Positions 8,358-18,049 of a DNA stretch of 37,974 bases are shown piece by piece. Made by a program: the position numbers and the translations under genes. Position 1 is the first letter of the stretch. The number at the start of each line of letters is the position of its first letter. The DNA lies in NCBI GenBank assembly GCA_021404985.1, contig QWHP01000002.1:1-37974 (forward strand), given 5' to 3'. This DNA is from Actinobacteria bacterium ATB1. GTDB lineage: Bacteria > Actinomycetota > Acidimicrobiia > UBA2766. Below the pieces are notes generated by a model. It made no database searches, had not been told where the DNA came from, and was given only the letters and a program-made list of their open reading frames with translations.

Positions 8358-9571
8358 GACCGGTCCTCCCCGCTCGAAGAGCGCCGAGTTCGGGCCGGAG
8401 CACCTCGGTGGCGTGCACCGTCTCGTCTCCGCGGCTTGCCGCTTGCGGGACGATTCCCCCGGCCCTCCGACGGTGCCGCTGAGCCGGACCCGAAACCCAG
8501 CTCGTGTTCGAGCTTTCTGCGGTCGCCGACCTGATGCGGGGCCACGAGCGACACGACGAGACCCGACGCTCCCTTGCGAGCCGTCCGGCCCGATCGGTGC
8601 AGGTAGGTCTTCGCGTCGGCCGGGAGATCGAAATGGACGACGCACGCCACGTCGTCCACGTGGATGCCCCTCGCTGCGACGTCGGTCGCGACGAGCACCA
8701 GCGCCGATCCCTTCGTGAAGTTCGCCAGCGCCCTCGAACGCTGGTTCTGCGATCGGCCTCCGTGGATGGCAACCGCGCGGACGCCCTCATGACCGAGACG
8801 TTTGGCGACCTTGTCCGCACCGTGACGGGTCCGGCAGAAGACGATCGTCGATCCCGCCTCACCTACCACCTCCGCAAGACGCTGGACGCGTGCGTGGGGA
8901 GGTACCGTTTCGAAGCGGTGCTCGGCAGTCCCTGCGCGGTCGCTGTCGTTCTCGACACTGTGACGCACGGGGTCCTTCTGGCAGTCCCTGGTGAGAACGG
9001 CGACGTCACCGTCCAATGTGGCCGAGAAGAGGACCGTCTGGCGCGAAGCAGCGGTCGCCTTGACGATCCTGCGCACCGCCGGGAGGAACCCCATGTCCGC
9101 CATGCGATCCGCCTCGTCGATCACGACGATGTCGACCTCGCTCAGGCGGAGGGCGTCCTGCCCGACGAGATCTTCGAGGCGACCGGGACACGCGACAAGG
9201 ATGTCCACCCCCTTGCGGAGCGCCTGACGCTGTGGCTGGTAGCCGACACCGCCATAGATGGCAAGGACTCTGCGCCCGCGTCGCGCGGCCAGCGGCTTCA
9301 GCTCCTCCTGGATCTGGGCTACCAGCTCGCGTGTCGGGGCAAGGATCAGGGCGCGGGGAAGCTTGGGGGCGGCCTTGCGGACCCGCGACACGAGAGGGGC
9401 ACCGAACGCGATCGTCTTGCCCGAACCCGTCGGTGCACGGCCGCAGACGTCGCGTCCCGCAAGCAGATCCGGAATGGCCGCGGACTGGATCGGGAAGGGG
9501 GTCGTTATCCCTCGCTCCGCGAGCGCGGAACAGAGGTCCTCGGGTACGCCGAGGTCGAGAAAACTCGACAT
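8354..9571 (-). CDS. DEAD-box ATP-dependent RNA helicase
   Basis: From ATG 9571: Q-motif region TPFPIQ, APTGSGKT, PTRELV, IDEADRM, FSATL, HRSGRTAR, and an Arg/Gly-rich C-terminal tail. The 552-aa ORF start upstream is non-homologous. Confidence 0.9.
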   Translation of the reverse strand: MSSFLDLGVPEDLCSALAERGITTPFPIQSAAIPDLLAGRDVCGRAPTGSGKTIAFGAPLVSRVRKAAPKLPRALILAPTRELVAQIQEELKPLAARRGRRVLAIYGGVGYQPQRQALRKGVDILVACPGRLEDLVGQDALRLSEVDIVVIDEADRMADMGFLPAVRRIVKATAASRQTVLFSATLDGDVAVLTRDCQKDPVRHSVENDSDRAGTAEHRFETVPPHARVQRLAEVVGEAGSTIVFCRTRHGADKVAKRLGHEGVRAVAIHGGRSQNQRSRALANFTKGSALVLVATDVAARGIHVDDVACVVHFDLPADAKTYLHRSGRTARKGASGLVVSLVAPHQVGDRRKLEHELGFGSGSAAPSEGRGNRPASGKPRRRDGARHRGAPARTRRSSSGEDRS

Positions 9572-9840
9572 TGCCAGGTGATCTCCTTGGCCCAACCTGG
9601 GCCGTTGCCTTGGCACACTCACTCGAGCAGCGCGGCGCAGGGCAACGAAGATCGAGAAGGGTCCGGATCCGAATTCCACCGACCGGACCGCAGAGCGGAT
9701 GTCCGCCTCTTGCGGACGACCTCTGAACCCTAACACATACCTCGCCCGCGACATCGCAGTCAGTTGCGCTCGCACGCTTCCTCGCAGCCACACGACGGCC
9801 GTCAGGTCCCACTCCCGTAGAGTTGGCCCAGGAGATGCCG

Positions 9841-11304
9841 ATGACGAACAAGCTTGAAACCACGGCGCTCGGCGGCGTGCCGACCGGCCTCTACATAGGC
9901 GGCTCGTGGCGAGCCGCCGAGTCCGAACGGCTCCTGCCGGTGGAGGACCCGTCGACAGGGAACGTGCTGGTCGAGATCGCGGATGCGTCCCCGGCCGACG
10001 GCATGGCAGCACTCGACGCCGCAGTGGAGGCGCAAGAGTCGTGGGGCGTGACCCCCCCGCGTGAGAGAGGCGAGATCCTCCGACGTGCCTTCGAGACGAT
10101 CATGGAGAGAATCGACGAGCTTGCGCTCGTCCTCACCCTCGAGATGGGCAAGCCGCTCGGCGAGTCGAGGGGTGAGATCGCCTATGCAGCGGAGTTCGTC
10201 CGCTGGTACGGGGAGGAGGCCGTGCGCATCAACGGGCGTTACACGGTGTCCCCCAACGGCAGCGGCCGGATCCTGACCATGAAGGAGCCTGTCGGCCCGT
10301 GCCTGTTCATAACGCCGTGGAACTTCCCACTGGCCATGGGCACGCGCAAGATCGGTCCTGCGATCGCTGCAGGGTGCACCATGGTCGTGAAGCCCGCGAA
10401 GCAGACACCTCTCTCGATGCTCCTCTTCGCAGCCATCCTCGAGGAATGCGGCCTCCCACCGGGTGTCTGCAATGTGGTCACGACGAGCAACTCCGGTGCC
10501 GTCATGGAACCCCTCATCCGGGACGGCCGTGCGCGCAAGCTCTCGTTCACGGGATCGACACCCGTCGGCCGCAAGCTGGCCGAGCAGGCAGCGGGCGGGC
10601 TACTGCGCACCTCGATGGAGCTCGGCGGGAACGCACCCTTCGTGGTGTTCGCGGACGCAGATCTCGACGCTGCGGTCGAAGGCGCGATGATCGCGAAGAT
10701 GCGCAACATGGGTGAGTCCTGCGTCGCCGCGAACAGGTTCCTCGTCGAGACGCCCGTTGCGGCAGAGTTCGCGGGCCGGCTCGCGGAACGCATGGCGGCA
10801 CTCGTCGTCGGTCGGGGAACCGAAGAGGGAGTGGACGTCGGGCCGATCATCGACTCCCCCTCGCGGGAGTTCATCCACGGACTGGTCCAGGATGCCCGCT
10901 CCCGCGGGGCCAGCGTCCTCACGGGCGGGGACGTCCCCGAGGGTCCCGGCTGGTTCTATCCCCCCACCGTACTCTGCGAGATCCATCCCGAAGCCCGCAT
11001 CGTGGACGAGGAGGTCTTCGGCCCGGTCGCACCGGTGCTGACCTTCGACGGACTGGACGAGGCCGTGGCGATGGCCAACGACACCCCTTTCGGGCTTGGC
11101 GCATACGTCTACACACGTGATCTCGCGCGGGCTCTGTCGGCCACGGAACGCCTCGAGGTTGGGATGGTGGGGCTCAATCGCGGACTCGTCTCCAACCCCG
11201 CTGCCCCCTTCGGAGGCGTGAAGCAGTCCGGACTGGGCAGGGAGGGCGGCCCCGAAGGCCTCGAGGAGTACCTCACGACCAAGTACGTGGCAATCGAGGT
11301 CTGA
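9841..11304 (+). CDS. gabD: NAD(P)-dependent succinate-semialdehyde dehydrogenase family aldehyde dehydrogenase
   Basis: ITPWNFP, VVKPA, ELGGNAP, catalytic GESCVAANRF, EEVFGPV. ATG 9841 follows GGAG by 6 nt. TTG 9823 and ATG 9835 are alternative starts. Confidence 0.9.
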   Translation: MTNKLETTALGGVPTGLYIGGSWRAAESERLLPVEDPSTGNVLVEIADASPADGMAALDAAVEAQESWGVTPPRERGEILRRAFETIMERIDELALVLTLEMGKPLGESRGEIAYAAEFVRWYGEEAVRINGRYTVSPNGSGRILTMKEPVGPCLFITPWNFPLAMGTRKIGPAIAAGCTMVVKPAKQTPLSMLLFAAILEECGLPPGVCNVVTTSNSGAVMEPLIRDGRARKLSFTGSTPVGRKLAEQAAGGLLRTSMELGGNAPFVVFADADLDAAVEGAMIAKMRNMGESCVAANRFLVETPVAAEFAGRLAERMAALVVGRGTEEGVDVGPIIDSPSREFIHGLVQDARSRGASVLTGGDVPEGPGWFYPPTVLCEIHPEARIVDEEVFGPVAPVLTFDGLDEAVAMANDTPFGLGAYVYTRDLARALSATERLEVGMVGLNRGLVSNPAAPFGGVKQSGLGREGGPEGLEEYLTTKYVAIEV

Positions 11305-11346
11305 GGTCTGATCCTCACAAACCGGCCTCGGTGGACGAGGGCTCTC

Positions 11347-12729
11347 TCAGAGCGTCGTGCAGAGCTCCGCGAAACCCTCGGCAAGGCACTCCCGCATCAA
11401 CTCCGGGTCCGTTACCGCGGCCCGGTCGGTGTTGATGCCGATGCAACACGTTCCGTCGTGGGACATGAGGGTCACGTTCATGGCAGAGCCCTCGGTGGCG
11501 CCAAGGGCGTACCAGCGCAGAACTCGACTCCCCGCAAGCCAGCACGGAACGGGGATCCCGGGAACGTTGCTCGTGAGGAAGTCGACATGTGTGAGCATCC
11601 CGCCGAAGACGGCCGTCATCACCGAGGTCGGAAGGGCGTTGAGCATTCCGGCAAGTTGCTCCGTCACCGCAATGGCAGGTTCGGCACGCCAGCTCCGCAT
11701 GATGTCCCGCAGCGTCGAGACGCGCTTGGCGGGGTCGACGATCCCCACCGGGACGCGGAAACGCAGGGGGGATATTCGGTTTCCCCCGAGAGGCTCGTCG
11801 TCCGTGCGGATGTTGACAGGCATCGTCATACGCAACTCGTCGACAGGCCAACCACGACGCTCGTGGTAGAGGCGAAGGCCGCCACAGACGGCGGCCACGA
11901 AAGCGTCGTTGAGGGAGGCCTCGCAGCGGTGCGCCGCCTTCTTGAGGTCGTCGAAGTCGACATCGAACACGTCGTAACGCCACGTCGTGCTACGGCGAGT
12001 CATGATGGGCGAGAGCATGGACGTCGCCGGCGCGACGAGCTTCGCGACGGACCGAGCCATACGAACAGTGTCCCGCACCGTCCTTCGGGGCCGGAGGAGT
12101 GCTCCCGCCAACTGACCCAGGGTGTGTGGGGCGGTACGCACGGCTCCGGTGGCGCCCCGCATCCTTTGTCCAAGGGCATCGAGGACGAGGTCCCGCCGTG
12201 TCACTGCTCGGGGGTCCGGCAGCGCGGGCAGGACGCGTTCGGGGCCGGTCGGCTCGAAGGAGAGGAGCTCTCCGGCGAGCCGCATGCCGCCGACCCCGTC
12301 GATCATGGAGTGGTGGACCTTGAGCAGGCAGGCGGCGCCGCCATCCTCGAGTCCGGACAGAAGCGTGACCTCCCAGAGGGGTCTCGCCCTGTCGAGCCCG
12401 GCCATCGCCCAGACGCCTGCCAGGTCGAGGACGTCGCGGACCGATCCGCCGGCGACCGACGCGTGCCGGACGTGGAAGTCGAGCTCGAAGTCCGTGTCGT
12501 CCACCCAGATCGGGGTGCTGAGGTGCAGGGGCGGGGTGGCGACGCGCTGTCGAAACCTCGGCAGGATGCGCACCGCCCGGTCGAACTCGCCGCGGAAGCG
12601 GTCGAACTCGGGGGCCTGCTCCAGGAGAAGGAGCGCAGTGATGGTGCTCCGCAGCCGGGGATCCTTCTCCATGTCCCACATGAGCGCGTCGCTTTCGCTC
12701 ATCCTGTCGGTGAAGGGCAAAGCCGCCAT
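11347..12729 (-). CDS. wax ester synthase/diacylglycerol acyltransferase (WS/DGAT) family
   Basis: From ATG 12729: MAALPFTDRMSESDALMWDMEKDP...; catalytic HHSMIDGVGG (HHxxxDG). Length about 460 aa. Confidence 0.9.
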   Translation of the reverse strand: MAALPFTDRMSESDALMWDMEKDPRLRSTITALLLLEQAPEFDRFRGEFDRAVRILPRFRQRVATPPLHLSTPIWVDDTDFELDFHVRHASVAGGSVRDVLDLAGVWAMAGLDRARPLWEVTLLSGLEDGGAACLLKVHHSMIDGVGGMRLAGELLSFEPTGPERVLPALPDPRAVTRRDLVLDALGQRMRGATGAVRTAPHTLGQLAGALLRPRRTVRDTVRMARSVAKLVAPATSMLSPIMTRRSTTWRYDVFDVDFDDLKKAAHRCEASLNDAFVAAVCGGLRLYHERRGWPVDELRMTMPVNIRTDDEPLGGNRISPLRFRVPVGIVDPAKRVSTLRDIMRSWRAEPAIAVTEQLAGMLNALPTSVMTAVFGGMLTHVDFLTSNVPGIPVPCWLAGSRVLRWYALGATEGSAMNVTLMSHDGTCCIGINTDRAAVTDPELMRECLAEGFAELCTTL

Positions 12730-12795
12730 GCCAGGAGCATCCCACAGGTTCGCCCGTCCCGCCACTGCCCCTCGAACGCGCGTCCCTCCCACCCC

Positions 12796-12846
12796 CCACC
12801 TGGGCAGATCCAGACACCAATACCGTGACCCAATCCGCCCACGTCG
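12796..12846. repeat. 51-bp palindromic intergenic repeat, copy A
   Basis: CCACCTGGGCAGATC-CAGACACCAATACCGTGACCCA-ATCCGCCCACGTCG. Same 15+22+14 layout as the copies at 22277 and 25994. Lies 40 nt downstream of the SulP stop. Confidence 0.8.
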
Positions 12847-12885
12847 CAGGATCGGCTTGCTTGCCCGGCAGCGAATCCGCAGTTG

Positions 12886-14583
12886 CTACGGCGTCTCCGA
12901 CGAGCTCTCGAGCGAGGAGACATCCGAGCGCACAGCGGCGAGGGCCTCCTCGAGGGACGTGTAGAAGTGCTCGTGGTCGAGAGTCTCGAAGAGGCCGTAG
13001 CGCAGGACCAGGGCGTGAAGGCGCGTGCGCAACTCGGCGAACGCCATGTGGATCCCTGCGTCGTTCAACTCCTCGTCGAGGTCCCGCAACATCTCACCTG
13101 CGGTCACGTCGATATCCGTGATCGCCTGGCACTGGAGGACGACCCACGACGGCGACTTCTCCCGCACCAGAGCCCTCACCTGGTCGCGGAACTGGTTGCA
13201 GTTGGCGAAGAACAGCGGAGCCTCCCAGCGGAACACGACGATCCCGGAAGCCTCACGGGCCCGCGAATCCATCGTAAGGCTGTGCCAGCCACCGACTTCC
13301 TCGTCCTCGCCGAGGACCTCCCCGTGTGGCCACCAGTTCCGGCGGAAGAACAGCAGAATCGCAAGCACGATCGCGACGAGGATCCCCTCGAGAACCCCGA
13401 GGATCATCACACCCGCGGTCGCGACGAGCGACAGCAGCAGGGCCGACCTGCGTACGCGGGCGTAGCGCCCGAGGACCTTCAAGTCGAGAAGGGACAGCGC
13501 CGCACCGATGACCACCGCCGCCAGAACTGTCTGTGGCAGCGCGGACAGGAGGTCGTTGAACGCGAGGACCAGGGCCATCACGATGCCGGCACTCACGATT
13601 CCCGTCATCTGGCTCTTCGCTCCCGACTGGTCGGCCACCGCCGTTCTCGAACTGCTCACCGAGACCGCGAATCCCTGGAAGAGCCCGGCAGCGACGTTCG
13701 ACATCCCCACGCCGATCATCTCCTGATCCGGCTTGGTCTCCTCGCCGCGCCGAGCGGCGAAGCTCGACGCCGTCGCGATGGTGTCCGTCAGGGACACGAG
13801 GACGATCCCGACCGCGGCGAGCATCAGCGCGCCGACATCGGATGCGCTGGTCCAGGGAAGCGACGGCGCGGGGAACCCCTGGGGAAGCGACCCGACCGTT
13901 TGGACACCACGGGAGGACAGGTCGAGCACCGCCGACACGATCGTGGCACCCACCACAGCGACGAGGACTGCCGGGACGCGCTTGGTCAGGCGGGGCAGGA
14001 CGAGGAGCACTGCCAGCACCACAAGACCGGCCACCACCGTCGTGATGTCCGCGTCGGACAGACCGCCGATCACCTCGCGGACTTCTTCACCGAAGCTGTC
14101 GGCGTCGACGGAGAAGCCGCACAGCTTCGGGATCTGCCCGAGGATGATCGTCACCGCGAGGCCGTTGAGGTACCCGACCCGCACCTCGCTCGAGAGCAGG
14201 TCGGCGACGAACCCGAGCTTTGCAACCCCGAGACCGACCTCGATCAGACCAACGAGGATGGCGAGCATGGCTGCGAGCGTGACCGCGCTCGCGGGGTCGT
14301 CCGTCACTATCAGAGGTGTGATGGCGGCGAAGATGAGCGGCGACACGGACGAGTCGGGACCCAGCACGAGAATCCGGGACGGCCCGAACACCGCATAGGC
14401 GACGAGGCAGACGATCGTCGTGTAGAGACCGTTGACTGCGGGGACCCCGGCGAGCTCCGCGTACGCCATCCCTTGGGGCACGAGGATCGCTGCGAGGACG
14501 ATTCCGGCCACGATGTCCGGGCCGAGCCACGAACGCTGATAGGAGCGCGCCGCCGAGATCCCGGGGATCCAGGACTGCGACAC
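12886..14583 (-). CDS. SulP family anion transporter with C-terminal STAS domain
   Basis: 565 aa. DIVAGIVLAAILVPQGMAYAELAGVP. Multiple TM helices. STAS-like tail (VVFRWEAPLFFANCNQFRDQV...VVLQCQAITDIDVTAGEML). Confidence 0.9.
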   Translation of the reverse strand: MSQSWIPGISAARSYQRSWLGPDIVAGIVLAAILVPQGMAYAELAGVPAVNGLYTTIVCLVAYAVFGPSRILVLGPDSSVSPLIFAAITPLIVTDDPASAVTLAAMLAILVGLIEVGLGVAKLGFVADLLSSEVRVGYLNGLAVTIILGQIPKLCGFSVDADSFGEEVREVIGGLSDADITTVVAGLVVLAVLLVLPRLTKRVPAVLVAVVGATIVSAVLDLSSRGVQTVGSLPQGFPAPSLPWTSASDVGALMLAAVGIVLVSLTDTIATASSFAARRGEETKPDQEMIGVGMSNVAAGLFQGFAVSVSSSRTAVADQSGAKSQMTGIVSAGIVMALVLAFNDLLSALPQTVLAAVVIGAALSLLDLKVLGRYARVRRSALLLSLVATAGVMILGVLEGILVAIVLAILLFFRRNWWPHGEVLGEDEEVGGWHSLTMDSRAREASGIVVFRWEAPLFFANCNQFRDQVRALVREKSPSWVVLQCQAITDIDVTAGEMLRDLDEELNDAGIHMAFAELRTRLHALVLRYGLFETLDHEHFYTSLEEALAAVRSDVSSLESSSETP

Positions 14584-14588
14584 GGTTG

Positions 14589-15236
14589 CTACGGTCTCCT
14601 GCCGGGCCGGAGCCGGAAGAGGGGACCGCTACGCGGCATCACGACACGCGTGAGGCGCCCGGCAATCCAGCCCACCCCGGCACCGGCCAGGACGTCACCG
14701 GGATAGTGGACGCCGGTGTACACACGACTGAAACCCACGAGGGCTGCGAGCAGGACCGTCGTGTCGCGCAGTAGCCATGGTGCATCCGCCGAGACCGCCG
14801 ATGCGAAAGCGAATGCCGACGCCGTGTGCCCCGACGGGAAGGAATGCGACGACGGAAGGGCCAGCCGGCGCTTCTCCGCGACGCCACTGTGGTCGGGCCG
14901 GGGCCGGCGCGCGATGTTCTTGAACGCGAGATTGGTGACGGCGGACGTGAGCCCGATCGCGACCAGCCCCCGCAGTGCAACTCGTTTCCCCTCCTTCCCG
15001 CCTGCAAGCGCGAGCACGCCGGCCAGCAACATCCAGATGCGCGAGTAGTTGGCGGCTTCCGAGAGAGGTCTGATGAAGTGATCTGCCAAGGGCACGTCGA
15101 CCTCGGCAATCCCTCGATAGACCGCGACGTCCATCTCGCGCAGCGCGCGAAGGCTCTCGTTGACCGCCGCCGGCACGGCAACGTCTGCGGTCATCTGCCC
15201 CGGTGAATCCTCCCGACGCACGTCCACGTCACGCAT
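14589..15236 (-). CDS. PAP2 superfamily phosphatase (membrane)
   Basis: KNIARRPRP, PSGHTA and SRVYTGVHYPGD are the three PAP2 motifs. Stop is 5 nt from the SulP ATG. ATG 15194 is an alternative start. Confidence 0.85.
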   Translation of the reverse strand: MRDVDVRREDSPGQMTADVAVPAAVNESLRALREMDVAVYRGIAEVDVPLADHFIRPLSEAANYSRIWMLLAGVLALAGGKEGKRVALRGLVAIGLTSAVTNLAFKNIARRPRPDHSGVAEKRRLALPSSHSFPSGHTASAFAFASAVSADAPWLLRDTTVLLAALVGFSRVYTGVHYPGDVLAGAGVGWIAGRLTRVVMPRSGPLFRLRPGRRP

Positions 15237-15337
15237 GGCGACAGGCTACCCACATACCCCGGCACTCACCTCTGTTCCGACCTCCTGGCCCCGCCTCGCG
15301 CCTCAACTCACGCAGCCAGATCTGGGATCATTGCTCC

Positions 15338-16138
15338 ATGCAGGGTTCGTCGGGTATCGGCATCGTCGGCCACGGCGCCGTCGGCTCGGTGATCGCAGAC
15401 TCGCTGGCAGCCCAAGCGCCCAGGGGTACTCACCTCTCAGGCATCTACGCGTATTCCGAGGTGCCACCCGAATACCGCATGGACACCTTCGAGGCCCTCC
15501 TCGAGGCATCTGATGTGATCGTCGAAGCGGCTGCTCAGGAGGCCGTCGGTGCTTACGGCCCGCTCACGCTCGAGTCGGGCCGAAGCCTCGTCGTGGTGAG
15601 CGTGGGAGCCCTACGGGACGACGATCTGCTCGGACACCTCAGAGAACTTGCCGCCGCCGGGCCAGGTCGCCTCCTCGTCACCACGGGGGCGATCGGAGGG
15701 GTGGACATCCTGCGTGCCGCTGCCGCGCTAGGCGGTCTGGACAGAGTCGAGCTCAGCACGGTCAAGCCTCCACGAGCTGTCGTCGAGGCGTGGATGGACC
15801 AGGGGACCAGGGATGCCTTGCTGCGGGGATCGGAACCGGTAGAGGTCTTCAGGGGTCCCGCACGCGACGCCGTCGAACTCTTCCCCACATCGGTCAACGT
15901 CGCGGCAACTCTGTCCCTCACGACGATCGGCTTCGACCGCGTTCTCGTCTCCATCACAGGCGACCCGCGCACGACAGTGGTCACCCACACGGTGAACGCA
16001 GCGGGCGCTGCGGGGTCGTATTCGTTCTCATTCCGCAACGTTCCGTCACCGATCAACGTGCGAACCAGCGCCGTCACTCCCTTCGCCGTTCTTCGCGGAC
16101 TCCACGATCTGACCTCCGACGTCGTCGTCGGGATCTGA
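15338..16138 (+). CDS. aspartate dehydrogenase (NadX-like) domain protein
   Basis: From ATG 15338: GIGIVGHGAVGSVIA (Rossmann), VVEAAAQEAV, TTGAIGGVDILRAAA, STVKPP, NVAATLSLTT. Matches the L-aspartate dehydrogenase/DUF108 layout. Confidence 0.8.
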   Translation: MQGSSGIGIVGHGAVGSVIADSLAAQAPRGTHLSGIYAYSEVPPEYRMDTFEALLEASDVIVEAAAQEAVGAYGPLTLESGRSLVVVSVGALRDDDLLGHLRELAAAGPGRLLVTTGAIGGVDILRAAAALGGLDRVELSTVKPPRAVVEAWMDQGTRDALLRGSEPVEVFRGPARDAVELFPTSVNVAATLSLTTIGFDRVLVSITGDPRTTVVTHTVNAAGAAGSYSFSFRNVPSPINVRTSAVTPFAVLRGLHDLTSDVVVGI

Positions 16139-17396
16139 CCGGGGCCACCGGCGTCCCGTTGCCCTGGGATTGGAGGCCCACTCCTCGGACGGGGCAGGTT
16201 CCCTTGGTGAGGCGGAGTACTTCGGCGAAATCTCCCGGTAGAACGACTCAGCTACCCGAGCGATCCCGGCCTGGTCGTCGATGTGGCGGGCCATCCAGGT
16301 GAACTCTGCCAAGCGTGCGTCCGGATATTCGGGTGGGAAGCTTGGTCCCATCTCGTCCCGCTCCGGGAGAGGAGAGAACGGCTGGTGCGGCTCGACCTGG
16401 TGCCAGAACGCTACCGACGAATAGTCGTTCGCGAAGTTGTTCGCGTGTCCGTGCTCGATCGTCCACCTGATGGACTTCCTGAAGCCCAGCGGGTCGTGGA
16501 CGAACCAGCGGTACATGCCCGTCAGACCCGCGAAGTCCTCGCGCTCGATCAGATGGAAGCCGTGATATGGTCCGGAGTACTCCCGCACCGGGCATGCGCC
16601 GCCGCCGAACACCTCCTCCGTTCCCGTCCCGTGGATGCTCGGTGGCCACGTGTCGTCGTCGACGAAGACCATGTCGTCGCCCTCGCGCCCCACCACCCAC
16701 CCGCCTTGTTGTCGACCGAGAGAACGAGGCCGACCATGTGTCCCCGACCGGACGCACTGAGCGCAACGTAGTTCTCCCCTCCGTCGAGGTTCACTCCCTG
16801 ATGCAGTTGGTGATTCGCCGGTTCCATCGCGGGAACGGTGTCCGGCTCCATCCTGAACTGGGCGTGGAAGTGGAGGATCTCGCCCTCGTCCCGCACTTCC
16901 CCGAAGCCCCGAGCACCCCCGCTCCCGTAGGTCTCGTAGTCGACGTGGTACCACAACGCGCCGACAGGACCGCCGAGGGCCGTGTCCTCTCTGTGCTCGA
17001 GGGTCACGAGCGCCCGGCGGAGAAACGGCATCGGGAAATAGGAGTTGAGACCCCAGGAGGCACCCATGCCCGGATTCACTGCGGTCAGCGCACTGCTGTA
17101 CTCCCGGATGCGGCCGTGGCACACCCGGAAGAACTCCCCGATGGGCACCTCCACGGACGGCGACTCCTAGCCGTCCCAGAAGCACCGTAGGACGGCGTCC
17201 CGATAGTCGGTCAGTTCAGGGGCGGCCATCGCGAGGTAGAGGTGGGTGACGCATCCCGGTCCGTCGCAGTCGAGCAACGTGGCCGTCGACCCCGCTCGAC
17301 ACGGAGGTAGTCATTGTTGGCGCCGGTGCGGTCCCATGAGGACGCACGGCGGCTTGCTGTGTGCCTGTCACGCAACAGGTGGCCGAAGGCTCTCAT
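16046..17396 (-). pseudogene. DUF2961 (GH172-like) protein gene with two frameshifts and one in-frame TAG
   Basis: MRAFGHLLRDRHTASRRASSWDRTGANNDYLRVE runs in one frame, then shifts at ~17290. STATLLDCDGPGCVTHLYLAMAAPELTDYRDAVLRCFWDG follows, then TAG at 17167-17169. ESPSVEVPIGEFF...GHMVGLVLSVDNKAGGWWG follows, then a shift at ~16687. EGDDMVFVDDDTWPPSIHGTGTEEVFGGG...SSVAFWHQVEPH completes it. The 3' boundary is uncertain; the tail overlaps the converging gene. Confidence 0.75.
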
Positions 17397-17541
17397 GTCT
17401 GTCGGATTCCGCACGACTCGCTCACGGGATGACGTCTGCGGGATGCGGGACGCGCACAGCGTACCTTCTGACATCGATTCACATCGGCTCGGCCCGGCGC
17501 GGACGCAGGGGCGCACGCCACCACCGTCGAAGTCCGGGCGT

Positions 17542-17994
17542 GTGAAGTGGGACAACAGGCACTCGGCACGTGGAGCGTCGCTGGTGGCCGTACTCCTGTC
17601 GATCCTGATCATGGGCATCCTGGCCGCGGTTGTCGTCATCCAGCTCGACCTGCTCGGCAAACAGACCGACGAGATCACATCGGCGACCTCGCTTCCCACG
17701 GGAGCGGGTGCCTCGACAGGTGGGATCGCCTCGGCACCTGCACATGCGGCGAGGACCACTTGCCAGGCGAGCGTGCAGGCAGTGAACCAGATCGTGGAGC
17801 GGTACCAGCTCCTCAACGGCGTCGCTCCGTCACTCGAGGAGGTGACGGCAGCCATCGCCGGATCGGACACGGTGCCCTTCGGACCCACACCCGACCCGCA
17901 ACGGGCCTACGCGATCGATTACAGCGTCGGGCCCGACGGGAATGCGGTCGTCGTAGGCCGGTACCAGGACGGAACGGCCGTCGTGAACTGCTGA
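17542..17994 (+). CDS. type IV pilin-like (prepilin-type signal) protein, orphan
   Basis: GTG 17542 gives a short basic leader (M)KWDNRHSARG followed by ASLVAVLLSILIMGILAAVVV. That is a pilin class III signal shape with Ala instead of Glu at +5. Two Cys (TTCQASV and the C-terminal VVNC) could form a pilin-type disulfide. Start choice is tentative. Confidence 0.5.
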   Translation: MKWDNRHSARGASLVAVLLSILIMGILAAVVVIQLDLLGKQTDEITSATSLPTGAGASTGGIASAPAHAARTTCQASVQAVNQIVERYQLLNGVAPSLEEVTAAIAGSDTVPFGPTPDPQRAYAIDYSVGPDGNAVVVGRYQDGTAVVNC

Positions 17995-18049
17995 TTGCCG
18001 GCGCCCCGGACGAAGGAACCTCGGCCGGGTCGACGCTCAGTCGAGGCGC

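Noticed and set aside
12883-14706. 607-aa ORF on the + strand
   Set aside because: It is exactly antisense to the SulP/STAS gene, which has clear TM helices and family motifs. Its translation is His/Arg/Asp/Gly-rich and low-complexity with no motif. This is a typical stop-free antisense frame in GC-rich DNA.
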